A DNA stretch of 64,000 bases, from assembly GCA_951406725.2 (NCBI GenBank), contig OX597830.1:50902001-50966000 (forward strand), given 5' to 3'. The notes under the pieces were generated by a model, which made no database searches, had not been told where the DNA came from, and saw only the letters and a list, made by a program, of their open reading frames with translations. Position numbers and translations under genes: made by a program. Position 1 is the first letter of the stretch, and each line of letters starts with the position of its first letter. Below are positions 13,239 to 27,022 of the stretch, piece by piece. The DNA is from Octopus vulgaris (lineage: Eukaryota).

Positions 13239-14934
13239 CACTCACATACATATGTATGCGCATGCATACAGGCGCACATACATATACACATACACAACAT
13301 ATGTATAAATATACATATATATGTATTATAAAGGAATTTACAAGTTAATGAATTATAATTGTCATAATTATAAACAGATAGATAGATTGAGAGAGAGAGA
13401 GAGAGAAATGCGCATGTGTGTCTGTGTGTGTATGTGTGTGTGTGTGTGTGTGTGTGAGTGTTTGTGTATGTTTGCACGCGTCATATCTTTCACTTCACAC
13501 CATTACTTGTTTCAAGAACGAATCTGATGGTGAAGTGTTGTGATGTGGTTATTGTTATTTTGGTCATACTATTGTTCGTGAATGTTTTAATGATGGTAGG
13601 TGCCGTGTGGGGAGGGCGCTGGTGGCGCTGATGATAGTGATTGTAATGGGGCCCGTGGCGATAGAGGTGTTGACACCAATTCCATTGTACTCAAACGTGG
13701 CTAATGAGAAAGCCGTTATTAAATATCGCGTAATGAACTTTATAAGAGTGCGTGGGAAGAATGAAGACGAGAAATTAGTGACGTCTGTTTAAGAAAAATG
13801 TCTTTGAGAAGAGAACTTTTGAAATCTTCATTCTCCACACTGCTCCAATCAGGACGATAATGGTATGGAAATAGTTTGAATAACATTAGGCTACTACAGT
13901 TGTTCTCGTGTATATTTATGTCTAACGATTGGTAACTCTTGTGAATGTTGTACTCTTGGAATCTAAAATTACAATATTTGATTGTCAGTGATTTTTGATT
14001 ATGCTCACCGTTTCCTCCCTCTCAACCCTAACCACCGACTTTGAACAGTAATTAAACGGAAATCTAGTCAATAACATATGGATGGTTTTATGATGTATGT
14101 TATTATTATAAAGATCAAGAGCGGGCAACTGAAATGTCAAACATTCACCGTTCACAACCAGTCGGGTATGATAGTAGTGAGAAGTTCTACGTTAGCAATA
14201 TATATAAATCTAGTTCCGAGAAAAAGTGATGGCGTTTCGGAAGATTTTAGGTCCGAGAACTATAATGGCCTCTTTGAGAAATCTTCGACCTGATATTGCT
14301 ACCGTGGAGCACTGCCGGTTAGGGTTAAACTCATTAGGCACGGAGATGCTGTCAAATAGGAATGTTCGGTCTGCAAGCATTCATGTTGGTTGTGGTTGTG
14401 GTGGTGGAGTAGTTTTATTATTACTCCAAATATATTGCCGATACGGGAAGTAGGAGGGGCTTTGGTCTGCAGTTGCAATATTTGATGTCATCTTTTAAAA
14501 TACAAACTAAATACTGCGAGATATTTTATGGTTCGCGCCATTGAGATTGGAAACCATAGGTATTGCGAGAAAATCTGCTTACGATCTAATGAAGCAATTC
14601 TCAATCTTCAAGAAGACTACAGCCCTAAAGGCAATAATATCAGAGACAGCGGAGATATGTTCCGGCTTGATATAATCAAAGAGGAACAAAAATGACCTCA
14701 ATACCCCTTGAAAGCAATATGTTTGCATTTTAACGCTAAGGAAGCATTTCAAAGTAAGCCACTGTGATAGCGTTGACGTATCATCACTACCATGTCAAGT
14801 AACTTGGTTTCTTCTTTAAAAGCCGAGTCAATGGAGAGCAGTTCCAACCAGATGAAATTTCCGTACATATTCAGAGAGCGCGCTTGGTTTAGTGGCGTGT
14901 TTGGTTTAGTGGCACGGAACGTTTCTCTCATATT

Positions 14935-15093
14935 CTTCTATTCTTTTACTTGTTTCAGTCATTTGACGGTGGCTATGCTGTCGAAGAAATTGACACCTGG
15001 GCTTATTCCCTGTAAGCGTGGTGCTTAATCCATTGGTCTCTTGTCAAGCGATGGTGGTGGTGGGGACAAACACAGACACAAACACACATATAC

Positions 15094-15161
<68 letters not shown>

Positions 15162-15231
15162 ATATACATATACATATATATACATATACATATATATATA
15201 TATACATATACATATATATATATACATATAC

Positions 15232-15281
<50 letters not shown>

Positions 15282-15380
15282 ACACGACAGGCACAAGATC
15301 CCGATAGAATATGTACTAGATTTACAAACAGTATGTCCTGGGTTCCATTTGGTCGACAAAAGGCGGTGCTCCAGAAATAC
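14935..15380. mobile_element. Two degenerate SINE family 1 tail fragments in opposite orientation around a microsatellite
   Basis: ttttacttgtttcagtcatttgac (minus, ~14944) and ccgatagaata..ggcggtgctccag (plus, ~15301-15374). Confidence 0.7.
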
Positions 15381-15901
15381 AAAAGAAGAATTTTGAGAGA
15401 AGTATCTACGAAACTAGTTTTTGAATAGCGAATGGCTAAGGGCTCCAGCAGTGTAAAATAGTAAACAAAAGGTCCCATATGTAGAAAAAAAAGAGAAAGA
15501 AAATAGTAGAGAACCACTTCTAAATCAATCTTTATGAAGTATATTTTTCATCAGAGGCATTCTCCGCCCATGATCGTCTCGTCTATATTTTCACTAGATA
15601 CAGTCTTTTCTGGGTTTCGTTAACCAAGATAGCCTTTATGAGGGTAGTACGTCATAGTATGTGGATGCGGGTCATATAGCTGTTATTTCTAGTTAGTTGT
15701 TACATTGTGGTTGACTTGGTATCTCCTAGGTAAATCAAGATGGCGATAATATCGTAATTGCAACCGTTTTTCTTTGAATAGGAAGTACTTAAGATGAGTT
15801 ATCTATATTTAATGCTGATATATCTACGTCATCTATTACAGAAATATGCATATATTTCACATTACAGGCAGGAACAGCGAGAATGCAATTCACAAATTGT
15901 G

Positions 15902-15934
<33 letters not shown>

Positions 15935-16064
15935 TCACAAAAATATGTGGGTACGTTTGTGCGTGTAGAGATGTGGATATATTATAAGTTTATAATATTC
16001 ATTGGTATATTGTGAGCGCACGCGCACATTTGCGTGTCTATCTGTACGTAACTGTGTATTGTAG

Positions 16065-16127
<63 letters not shown>

Positions 16128-16144
16128 CTCTATATATATATATA

Positions 16145-16199
<55 letters not shown>

Positions 16200-16273
16200 A
16201 TATATATATGTATGTATATATATATATATGTATGTATATATATATATATATGTGTGTGTTATATATATATATG

Positions 16274-16333
<60 letters not shown>

Positions 16334-16701
16334 TATATATTTATATAAATAAATATATATATATACACACACATACATATGTATGTATGTATGTATGCAT
16401 TTATGTATCTATATCGTGAGGGAGAGAGAGAGAGTAAGTGATTAGCGTATATATGTATATATGACTGCAGATTACAAATTGAGAAGATGAAATTTACGCG
16501 AAGATTTATTGAACAAAAGAGAAAGAATTTCACAGAAAACTTTGCATATGAATTAAGCATTCAGAATAAAGGAAACCTTTGTAGAACGAGGAATTACAGA
16601 TGAGATCGATTATACTAGTGGCATCGTAATTACAGCCTCCTATACTTACATACCCATACATAGGTGTATGTATATACGTAAATACATGCATGCATAATTA
16701 C

Positions 16702-16742
<41 letters not shown>

Positions 16743-16847
16743 TAAACACACATGTAGATGGCGAGACTGGGAAGGCGAGATTGTAATTCTGCAGCACGAG
16801 GTGACGAGACAATGGCTCGTTACAGCTATATTATGCCGTAACATATC

Positions 16848-16898
<51 letters not shown>

Positions 16899-17366
16899 TG
16901 TGTGTGTGTGTTTGTGTGTGTGTGTAGGAAAGCGAGAAGGAGACTTTAATTCGATGGCCGGCTTTTGTTAGTAATGCAATATTCTTTTACGTTGGAGGAA
17001 AAAAAAAAGGAATAATAATGAAGTAAAAAGTTTGAAGATTGCAGCATAACTGTAACAATTGGAAAATATTATATAAATGAGAATTTGGTTAATAGGAATC
17101 GATCGTATTATATGAAAGAAGAAAAAACAAAAACAAAAACAAAAATACATGTGATGTCTTCATCATTTCAATGATGGCATTGGAACAATAATTTTCAACA
17201 CAATTCTTAGGTTAGAAATGTCTACATGGGCGTTCAAATCCGCAAGATTAGCAGCCAAATCTTCCTCAAATCATTTTTATAAAACGGTTAAATTTATTAT
17301 CATTATATTCTACAAACTCCCAAAAGTGATCGTAGGCATACTCAAGAAAAGAGTGATCTAGGTCTA

Positions 17367-17525
17367 GGGCCGGTCCTATGGTTGCTGGCGCCCCGAGCAA
17401 GCTGATATTCAGCGTATACAAGCTGACGGTTATGGAAATTCCTTTGTCTTTGTCAGGACCTACTTGGCGCCCCCTAGCACATGACGTCCCGGGCGACCGC
17501 CGGAGTTGTCGGTGCCGACCGACTA
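17367..17525. mobile_element. GC-rich MITE-like fragment (possibly hAT-type)
   Basis: Begins agggccggtcct with repeated ggcgcccc subterminal motifs in an AT-rich context. Confidence 0.4.
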
Positions 17526-17614
17526 GGTCTATACAAAAAGAACAACAGCTAGATAGAAGTAATGTATTCGCAAAGACACTTTATAAATGTAATTGTATTC
17601 ACCTCAATAGACGT

Positions 17615-17757
17615 CATTGATTGGTTGAAATTGACGAAATACAAGAAATTAAACAAGAAATAGCTTATAAACTACATTCTACCAGTGTACAAAGTTTTAA
17701 AGTGTTTAGTTACAAAGAAATTATTTTTAAAATCTGCCGGTCAAAGTGAAAAGATCC
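17615..17757 (+). repeat. Unclassified interspersed repeat, terminus ..ccggtcaaagtgaaaagatcc
   Basis: A second copy at 63391-63575 ends at the same base. Confidence 0.8.
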
Positions 17758-18462
17758 GTCATTTCCTTTGATTTCTTGACAGAAGCAAATAGGAAATAAC
17801 ACTTGCTGACCAGAGACAAAACAATAATATAAAATTTTGTTACACAGTGGGATTCAAAATTCCAGTCTTATTGCATGTTGTCTCACGCTGATTCTACTTC
17901 AGCATTATATTAAGGGTGCATGTACCCGTACAATACTCAGCCATTGTATTCTACCAGCCCGAAATGTTAATTGAACAAATAAAGTAGGTCAGGTGATCGA
18001 ACAACTTAATCATCATCGTCGATAGCGACGGATGACATATGTGATATCATAACAGAAGCAATTAACAATGTATATATTTTTCCTGTCAAATTTCTTTGCT
18101 CTTAAGTTGAACTTACCCAATTGAAGTGACTGACGAACTCAGAATAAACAATGTGTTGAAAGAACCAGTCAATACTTGAAAATTTCATGCTTGGCCACAG
18201 ATTCACTTAACCGTAACCAATGATTCGCTTCTAAGAGTTAATATTTACATAATATTTCAATCAATCAATCAATAATGTACGAAGATTCTCTGATATTAAT
18301 GCTTTGCGTCGTCATGGAGAACTTAGCCACTACCTGGTTGCTGGACATGCTAGCAAAAGTAATCAAATCTGCTTCAAATCATATGCTATCACTCTGAAAA
18401 TTAACGGGCATATTCAATCGGAGAACGATAAATGTCTTTTATCAATAATGATAATAATAATA

Positions 18463-19031
18463 GGATGCAGTACCATAGCCCTGATGCAGTACCAGGCAGT
18501 GGCTTTCATGACTTCTGATCTTAACTGATTGGAAGTGTTATCATGTACCTTGTTTTGTCTTCGTATAAAAGATGGGCTGCAGCAAATATTCTGCTCAATA
18601 CTATAGATTTGCTTGTCAGTTGTTTGACCATAACCAGTTGAGCATGTCCCTTAGTGGCTGACGATATGTGCATCTTTGATGATGAGCAAAAGTAGTGGAG
18701 GAGCATCATAGCCGTGTGTTGAAAGGGATTCTTTGGGGTTTTAATAATTCACCTCTGGAAACATGGGGGAGTTCTTTCAACATCCTTAAACAACCCTTAT
18801 TCAGGGACCTTTTGAGCGGGATGGGTTACTCGACCAGAAGAAAATTCTAACTGGGCCCCACCTGCAAGGTCATGTGCTATTTATCTTGATATGTGATCAC
18901 CATATCGCGCACGTATGGTTGTGTTGCATGTGCGTAGTGTTCCCTTATCAGACGGATAGTCATGATGGGTATACTGGGCTTCGTATATTATACCCCAGTG
19001 TCACTTTGATGGCATGCACTGCTCTCTCACT

Positions 19032-19032
<1 letters not shown>
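18463..19032 (-). mobile_element. ~570-bp element inserted in (AAT)n, probably non-autonomous non-LTR type
   Basis: Sharply bounded by AAT repeats on both sides, with a terminal duplication gatgcagtacca. Orientation is inferred. Confidence 0.55.
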
Positions 19033-19100
<68 letters not shown>

Positions 19101-19124
19101 GTAATAATTTCTATTATAAGCACA

Positions 19125-19315
19125 AAGCCTAAAGTTGGCAGGAGGGGTTAATCGATTATACCGACCCCAGTATTTCACTGGAACTTAATTGATCGATCCT
19201 GAAAGGATGAAAGGCAAAGACGACCTCGGTAGAATCTGAACAGAGAACGTAGCGGCGGGCGAAATTCCGCCAAACATTTCATCCGGCGCGCTAAAGGTTC
19301 TTCCATGTCGCCGGC
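19125..19315 (-). mobile_element. SINE family 2
   Basis: cgaccccag..gaaaggatgaaaggcaaag..gacctcgg matches 55624-55850. Confidence 0.8.
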
Positions 19316-19399
19316 TTGTCACACAAAGTTGTGGTATGATCTGGGAAGAGGTAAGGGAAATGGATGATCTGCAACTGTTCACAAAATCTGAGAAAGAAA

Positions 19400-19830
19400 T
19401 GGTCAGCCTTGTTATGGCGTTCAAGTCCCCCACTAACATTAAAGAGCGTGGCATCCCAAGGAAAACTTGCAAACGTCTTAAGAAGTCTGGCTGCCCCGCG
19501 CCCGTGCGGGTGTAAACAACGATTAGTCTAAAGGCACCACTTTCACTGTCACTCACGTCCTGGATCAACAAATTACTTTGTGGGTTCAAAAAAATCGTCC
19601 GATTTTCGAGATCCAGGCCTTTCCTAAACAGCACTGCAACCCCGCTTCCCATTCTGGGCCAACCAAGTGATGCCTAGATCTCATAGTTGTCAAAAATGAG
19701 TGCAAGATCGCGTGTGTCGGAAATCCTGGTCTCACTACCTGCTATCACACCCAAACCCTAGCGACCTTGCTTTCAGGGTGACCTCAGGTCGCGAACGTTT
19801 ATACAGCCCACTCTGACAGCTCGAAAGGGA
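19400..19830 (-). pseudogene. Apurinic-like endonuclease remnant of an L1/Tx1-type LINE
   Basis: VGCINVR..SETR..GVAVLFRK..FRLIVVY..LMLVGDLNA are APE motifs; stop codons are present. Confidence 0.8.
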
Positions 19831-20249
19831 TGAGGAAAAGAAAAAAGGGTGACATTACTTACCCTCCTGGAGTTGTTGGCAGCCCGGTGACTTGCGATCC
19901 GGATTTGCTTCCTCTGGGAAACCGGCTAAAACTTTCTTCGTAGCGTGGACGTTTAGCCTTCCCACGTCATGCGGGAAATCAAATTTCTTTGTATGCTATG
20001 AGAGCTGGCTAAATTAGGGTGCTGATGTCGTATAATATACCCTCTTTCTTAATCTTCTTTCTGGCTACGAGAGCCAACACATTTTTGTTGGCTATCCTAG
20101 GGAGAATAACAACGACTATCAAATTCGAAGAGGATTCGTTTTTTGGGGTTTGTTTTTTTCCCCCCGAAGACACATATAATTTGAGGAAGATGTGCCTCGT
20201 CTTTTTAGCAGAACGTCCCCGGCACAGGCTCATAATCGTCCTAATATTG

Positions 20250-20640
20250 ATTTCAAATTTTGGCAAATTTTATCGACCCTGAAAGGATGAAATGTACAGT
20301 CGACCTCGACAGAATTTAAACTCAAATGGTAAAGACGGACGAAATGCCGCGAAGCATTCTGCCCGGCGTGCTAATGATTCTTCCAGCTCACTGCCTTTAA
20401 TCGCGCTGATATTAGTAATTTGTAATAAGGCAGCGAGTCGCTAGACTCTCTAGCAATGCTGGGCCAAATGCTTAGCGTCATTTCGTCCGTCTTTACATTC
20501 TGAGTATATATTAGCCAAGTTCGACTTCGCCATTCTTCATTTTGTGGCCCATAAAATAAGTATCAGTTGAGCACTCGGGTCCATGTAGCCGATTTACACT
20601 CTGCCACCAAAAAGTTGGCCTTATACAAAAATTTGAAACC
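20250..20640. mobile_element. Head-to-head pair of SINE family 2 copies
   Basis: Minus copy at ~20250-20398 and plus copy at ~20428-20640. Confidence 0.75.
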
Positions 20641-20758
20641 AATATAAATAGTAGCATTAGTAGTAACAGTAATAGCATCATCATCATCAGTAGCAGCAGC
20701 AGCAGAGGCAGCAGAGCAGCAGCAGTAGTAGTATTAGTATTATTATTATTATTATTAT

Positions 20759-20796
<38 letters not shown>

Positions 20797-22168
20797 ACAG
20801 CAGCAGTTCTAAATCAAGCAGGAATAACAATTACGCTAGTAATATAAAATTTATTTAAATATTTTATTTTCTATATTGACTCACCCACCCCCTTTAATAA
20901 ACAACAATCAACAACAAAGATGAAATTTTCCAATAATTTTTGGGAGAAAAATAACAACAAAAACTCACAGAATTATCTTTCGGTTGCATCTCCTGGTATA
21001 GTAATCTTCGATTAATGTGGTTAGCATTATTGTAGAATTTTGGTAATATTTGTCTAATGTTAGGCTAATCATTTCAAAAGAACCAACAGTAATCAAAATA
21101 TAATAAAATGTCAGCGTATCGATATGGTATGATTGACTAAAAATTGAATTACAATCTGTTTTGTATTTTTACTTTTGAAGTATTCTACTTCAATGAGAAT
21201 TGAACCATAATAGCAGCCATCCTCTGACCTTTCTCTGAGAGTTCGTGGAAATAATTCCTTTGTTTCTTATGTGTGTGTGTGTTTTTTTTTTTCACATTTT
21301 GAAATATATTTTTGTTTTAATGTATAACTCGTTGATTAGTATTGTTTCAATTATAATTACGATGAGCCAAAGAGCAGCTGCAATTTGTCATTCCATCTGC
21401 TAGAAATACTAACGAAATCTCACTTACATCACATTCTGCCATATTAGAAAATGAAGACCACACTGGTCAATATGATTGTAGATATATATAAAATGTTGGG
21501 GGATGGTCATAGAAAGGATGTTTTCAGTCAAAAAATATGATAGACTTGGATTAAACAAAAATATGATATGAGTTTTATCGTAGAGACATGATAGTTTAAG
21601 GAAGAAGTACATTCAATTGTATTGATCACATCATTTGTCTCGTGTTATGTTTTATGGATAACTACCCCACCCAAAGAGTATGGAAGAGAAAGTTGCTCTC
21701 AGAGGAATTTGAACGCAGAACTTAAACAGACATGCTTAAATATCATAAAGCTTTGTATTCGACTCTAACGTTTCTGCCAACATGACAGATGTACAGACAC
21801 CCACACACACACACACAAACACGTAGGCATGCACAAACATAAACCCATATATACACACGAACACACACACACACACTCTCATTCTCTGTTTTCTTCTCAT
21901 ACAAACAAGACCACCCAAAAACATAAAGTTCACCACGCAGTTTTAATTAAAGCTGCTACGGAACGTCGCAAGCATTGCTAAAAATATTACTTATATAGTA
22001 CGATTATACGATTATCATGAGCGCGACTCTAAGATAGAGTGGAAAAGTAGAGGCCGCTCTCAAGAATCACGGATCCCATATCTTTTCCATTTCTAGATTG
22101 GTGTTTGCAAATATCATTTGTCACGATCTATATGTTTGTGCGTGTTCTCTGCTTCACTGTGATATCTG

Positions 22169-22224
<56 letters not shown>

Positions 22225-22367
22225 TAATGTGAGATTCATAAAATATATTGGTCTCAAATTATGGCACTAGGATGGTAATTTTAGGGAGGGATAAGTCAGT
22301 TACATTAACCTTAGTAATCAGCTGATATTTATTTTATCGACCTCGAAGGGATGACAGGCAAAGTTAG

Positions 22368-22422
<55 letters not shown>

Positions 22423-23613
22423 GCAAGCTTTATCTGATTTAGAACTTAAGTTGGGTAGAGAAGTTAGATATACTTATTATATCAACAGTTGACAGTCGCC
22501 TCTATGTTTAATCTTTATTATAGGCATGTAGCCTGAACCAAGAATAGACACAACAAGGACGGACAACACAAAACATAGGGTACATGTAACGAAGGATAGA
22601 TACGAAATGGAACATTTATAACGAATAGAATGGAATGGATTACGAGCCTCCCCCCTCCAAAGCTCGCAGTTTCATTTTACTGTTCTTTTATACAGTTTAT
22701 AATCTTTTGTTTTTTTAATTTCTCGTCTGTTAAAAAACTCCATCAATTTTTCCTGTGCAACAACATTCGGCAGACTCTCATAACGGACGTACACACTTGA
22801 TTTCATTATACTTCTAGGAAACAATCCTTCCATTCTTTCCGCCTTAGCAATTCGTAGACTTTTGATATAATATGATGCAATAATATTTTATGACGTAATA
22901 AATATTATGTGTTTGTATATGTGTCTACCACTGAAAAGTGATGAACGCTAGCCGACGCAATGGAGAGTATGGGTGTTTGTGGAGATCGAAGAATAAATAC
23001 AAGAAGTACATTGCATTTCTTTATTAATTTCTTTAGAAATCCTGTGTAAAACTGGGACTATTGTCACAAGCTAAATTCACATCATAAAGACGCCACTAAC
23101 GTTGTCCTAATGTAAATATTTGCTGTCTAAATATAACAACTTTTTATGTGTTGTTACGTAACTTGTGTACAGAATGTTTTGTAGTCTTACGTCCATGACT
23201 GATAACGCGTAGCTGTGTAAATGTTAAAAGTTGTTACAATGTAAAATGCTGACAAAAAAAGAGAAAAAAAAGATCGAACTTAAGAGTCGGTGGACAGCAT
23301 CTTTTAATGAGAAAGTTTCAACTTTTGAATTCTAAAGAGAACAGTTCTGCTGTGAATGCTAAAAGATTCGTGTTGTAAAGTGTAAAGTAAATCAAACTAT
23401 CGCCATATTTAATGCTAATCTGATAATGGAGTGAAATAGATGTGATATCAGTATTCATTGTTTTCAACATGTTATTATAACAATAAACGAACTGATTGTT
23501 TGTCGCGTCTGTAGAAAGTATCAGTGGAAAACATCAGTGGATGGAAGTTGTTGACCCGTATGACATCTGAGATACTGAGTGGTAACGACTTGAAAAATGA
23601 GGTAGATAGCCTA

Positions 23614-23773
23614 TAGGAGAGAAGGAGAGAGAGGGGGATGAGTAAGTGTGGGTGAGATGCAGACGATTGAGGGTAGGAAAGATGGGGATGAGGTAGGAGA
23701 GAAGGAGAGAGGCGGAAGAATAAGTGTGGGGGAGATGCAGACGATTGAGGGTAGGAAAGATGGGGATGAGGTG
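23614..23773. repeat. 80-bp tandem duplication within purine-rich tract
   Basis: taggagagaaggagag..gagatgcagacgattgagggtaggaaagatggggatgagg occurs twice. Confidence 0.9.
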
Positions 23774-24624
23774 AGGCTCAGGAAAAATAAAAGAGAGAGA
23801 GTTAAGTTTAAGAAGAGATGAAAAAGGAAGAGAGAGAAAAGCAGGGAGAGTGAACAGAGGAAAGGGAGAAGTATATATATACAATGAACGGTGTGTGTGT
23901 GTGTGGGGGTAGAGAGACAACAAAGACCTTCAAACAACAGAAGACAGCGATACTGAGAGAGAGACAGAAGTGTAATGTAAATAGACAGCGAGACGAAGAT
24001 GTGATGCAGATAAAGAGATAGAGAGATAGTGTAGAAAGACAAAGAAACGGGTAAAGAGAGGGAGAGAGAGTTTGGGGATAGAAAGACAGAAAGAGAAAGA
24101 AGTTAGAAACCAGAGAGACTGTGAAGTAGTAGAAAGAGGCAGAGAGAGAGAGAGATAGATAGATGATGATGATGAGGAGGAGGAGGAGGAGAAGGAGGGG
24201 AGAAAGAGAGAAGTGATGAGCTGGGGTCGAGGTGTTGTATGTTCTCATCAAAGATCATTTGTCTTTGTTACAATTATCTGATCTGAGGAATTTAACAATA
24301 AAGCATTATTTTTCCTTTTTTCTAATATTATCTGCATCCCATCACTATGTTATATAAAACTATCATACTATACCATTTTACACCAACGGCAGGGTATACC
24401 ACCAGTACTGTATACAAAACCACGGTAAAGCATACTATTGTATCACACCAGATGCCACAATAAATCGTATTGTCCATTCCACCACGTCATACCTTGCCAC
24501 TTCTCATCTCACAACAACATACTACACTAGTCTACAGTACACTGCAGCACAACACGCAGTACACTTGCACACTGCACTACAACATACTACAAAACACAAT
24601 ATTATATTGAATTTTTTTATATGG

Positions 24625-24830
24625 TGGCCAGGTAGCAGAATCGTTAGCACGCCGAGAAAAATGCTAAGCAGCACTTCGGCCGTCTTTACTCGTTGAGTTC
24701 ACATGCCATTGAGGTCGACTTTTTCTTTCACCTTTTCGATGTCGATAAAACAAGTACCAGTAATCGACTGGGGTCGATGTAATCGACTACCTCCCTAAAC
24801 CGCTGGCCTTGTGCCAAAATTTGAAATCGA
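24625..24830 (+). mobile_element. SINE family 2
   Basis: gcagaatcgttagcacgcc..gaggtcgact..gtcgataaa..ggggtcgatgtaatcgact. Confidence 0.8.
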
Positions 24831-24959
24831 TTTGAAAAAAAAATAACACCAGACAAAATCAAACAACACCAGACTATGTACTAGAGAACTCAATCACACA
24901 GAACATCATAACACTCTATGACGTTACATTGCAGTACAACCGACTCCTTAACTCACTTG

Positions 24960-25194
24960 GTCTGAACCATACCATCTTCCTGTCTATAGACCCCTTTGAT
25001 TCCTCTTTCACTCTACTGGACCTCCATAGCTATTAGTGTTTATATATCTAAAAACTTTACTGTATTTTTATAGTTAGATGTTATTATGAATTGTATAAAA
25101 TAATAAAAATATTTTATATATCGTAGAACTTATTACACAATAATTTTAACAACAAAATCTTATATAGACACCCCTCCAGAGTTGAGAACCACTG
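24960..25194. mobile_element. hAT-type MITE remnant
   Basis: The right TIR gttgagaaccactg is identical to that at 43536-43549. The left end is degenerate. Confidence 0.5.
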
Positions 25195-25574
25195 ATGCCA
25201 TACACTAGAACACCACGGAACACCATATCGTACAACACGTTATACATCACCACATTACATATTACTAACCTACAGGAAACCACACCTCATCACTTTACAC
25301 CAAATCGCACATCTTCCCCAAACAACACTGAACTGTATTAAATCACAATACATCATACTACATCACACGACATGGCACCAAAACACACTAAGCCACGACA
25401 CATCCTGTCACTTTATGATGCCACCCAGATAACAGTGACCCCAGCCTACGCCTCAATGACACAGGCCATCAAAAAGCATTACAGCATATCAGGGACCTCC
25501 ACACGATATGAGCAACAACTTGCACTTCTCCAAAGAGCTTCCTGCCTATCATTCTCTTCGTTTTTGGAAAGTAG

Positions 25575-25765
25575 CACGTTGGCAGAATCGTTAGCACGCC
25601 GGGTAAAATACTTAGCGGATTTCATTCTTCTTTACGCTCTAGATCAAATTCTGCCGAGGTCGACTTGGACTGTCACACTTCCGGGGACTGAAAATAAATA
25701 TGAATTGAACACAGGAGTCGATGCAATCGACTTAGCCCCCTCCCACGAAATCGCCAAAGTTTAAA
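25575..25765 (+). mobile_element. SINE family 2
   Basis: tggcagaatcgttagcacgccggg..caaattctgccgaggtcgact. Confidence 0.8.
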
Positions 25766-26633
25766 ACCATCATTATCTCTCTTGGTATTTATTTATTCTT
25801 GAAGCGCAATGTCAACCAAATGTTATAGTAAATTACTTTTGTGGCGTTAAACGAGAAAAGAAAGTACCCAGCACCCTTTTAAGGCCCTTTCCAGGAGAAA
25901 CCATTTGTTTCGTTTCTCCATTGAATTCTTCCACTAATTCATTCTATCTGAACTCCTACTGAAGTTGCAGGGGCGCTGCTGTGTTGTGCGGCGTGCTGTG
26001 GTGTGAGCTGGGATGACGTTTTGTATTGTAAAATGATTAGCTGTTTTGTTGTGAGGTTCATTGTTGTGTAGCGTAGTATCGGGCACATGTAAATTTGACA
26101 CAGAGAACGCCCTCTTCAGATTTAACCACAACGAGGAAGAGACAGAGAGCGAAAGAGAGAGAAAAAGGATCGGCTTCAATCTTTGAACAGTGATTGATTT
26201 ATCGAAAACATAAGATGTAAAGTAAATTTGACGTCGGTGTGATTTGAACGTAAAATGTCAAATCAAATAGTAAAATGTATCTTTCGGACACCATAATGAT
26301 TCAGAACCGATTTGATAAGATATATTGTATTTAAACGACATTCGCGTGTACCGACATTTGTTGTACCTTCACACATATGTCAAATTTAGTTTTAATTGCA
26401 CCATCAAAGAGGCCTCTATGTAGTTGTTTAACCAGGTTGAAACAGTGATTGTATGTCCTCCAGTTCAAACTCTAACGTTTTGAAGAACAATCCACAGCAT
26501 AATGTGATCTTGGTGACTGCAATTAGAAAAAGAATTGTCTCCGTTTTAAATCTTCTCAACCAGAGACGTCTTGGAGTTGACGAATATTAACACGTGGCTT
26601 TATATTAAATTCTATTACTACTTTTATAAATAA

Positions 26634-27022
26634 CTAGCAGTATCGCCCGGCGTTGCTCGGGTTTGTTTCGACCCTTTAGAATTGGAATTTTTGAAAAGTG
26701 AAAATTTTGCATTATGTAGCTTGTTATCCTCTTTAAGTGAACATTTTACTGGTTGAAATACACCAAAAAATGGTGACACAGCAGTCAAAATATCGTAAAA
26801 AATAGGGATTTTCATAGGAAAAAAGTACCTTTTTGATGTAAATAATTTTTGGTGTTAACATGGTCCAATTTGAAATTTTTACGGAAGGAAGAGCAAGCCT
26901 TCTTCTATCATACTCTCAATTTTGGTCAGCTTGCGCCGCAGGGTCTTGGAGGAGATAGTGTTAGTTGAAGGCTATCAAACCTGCCATACACAGACAACTT
27001 CAGATTTATATAGAGAGAGAGA
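26634..27022 (-). mobile_element. Non-autonomous Helitron
   Basis: Minus strand has an A|TCtctctctctatataaa start, a cccgagcaacgccggg hairpin and a CTAG|T end. Confidence 0.85.
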
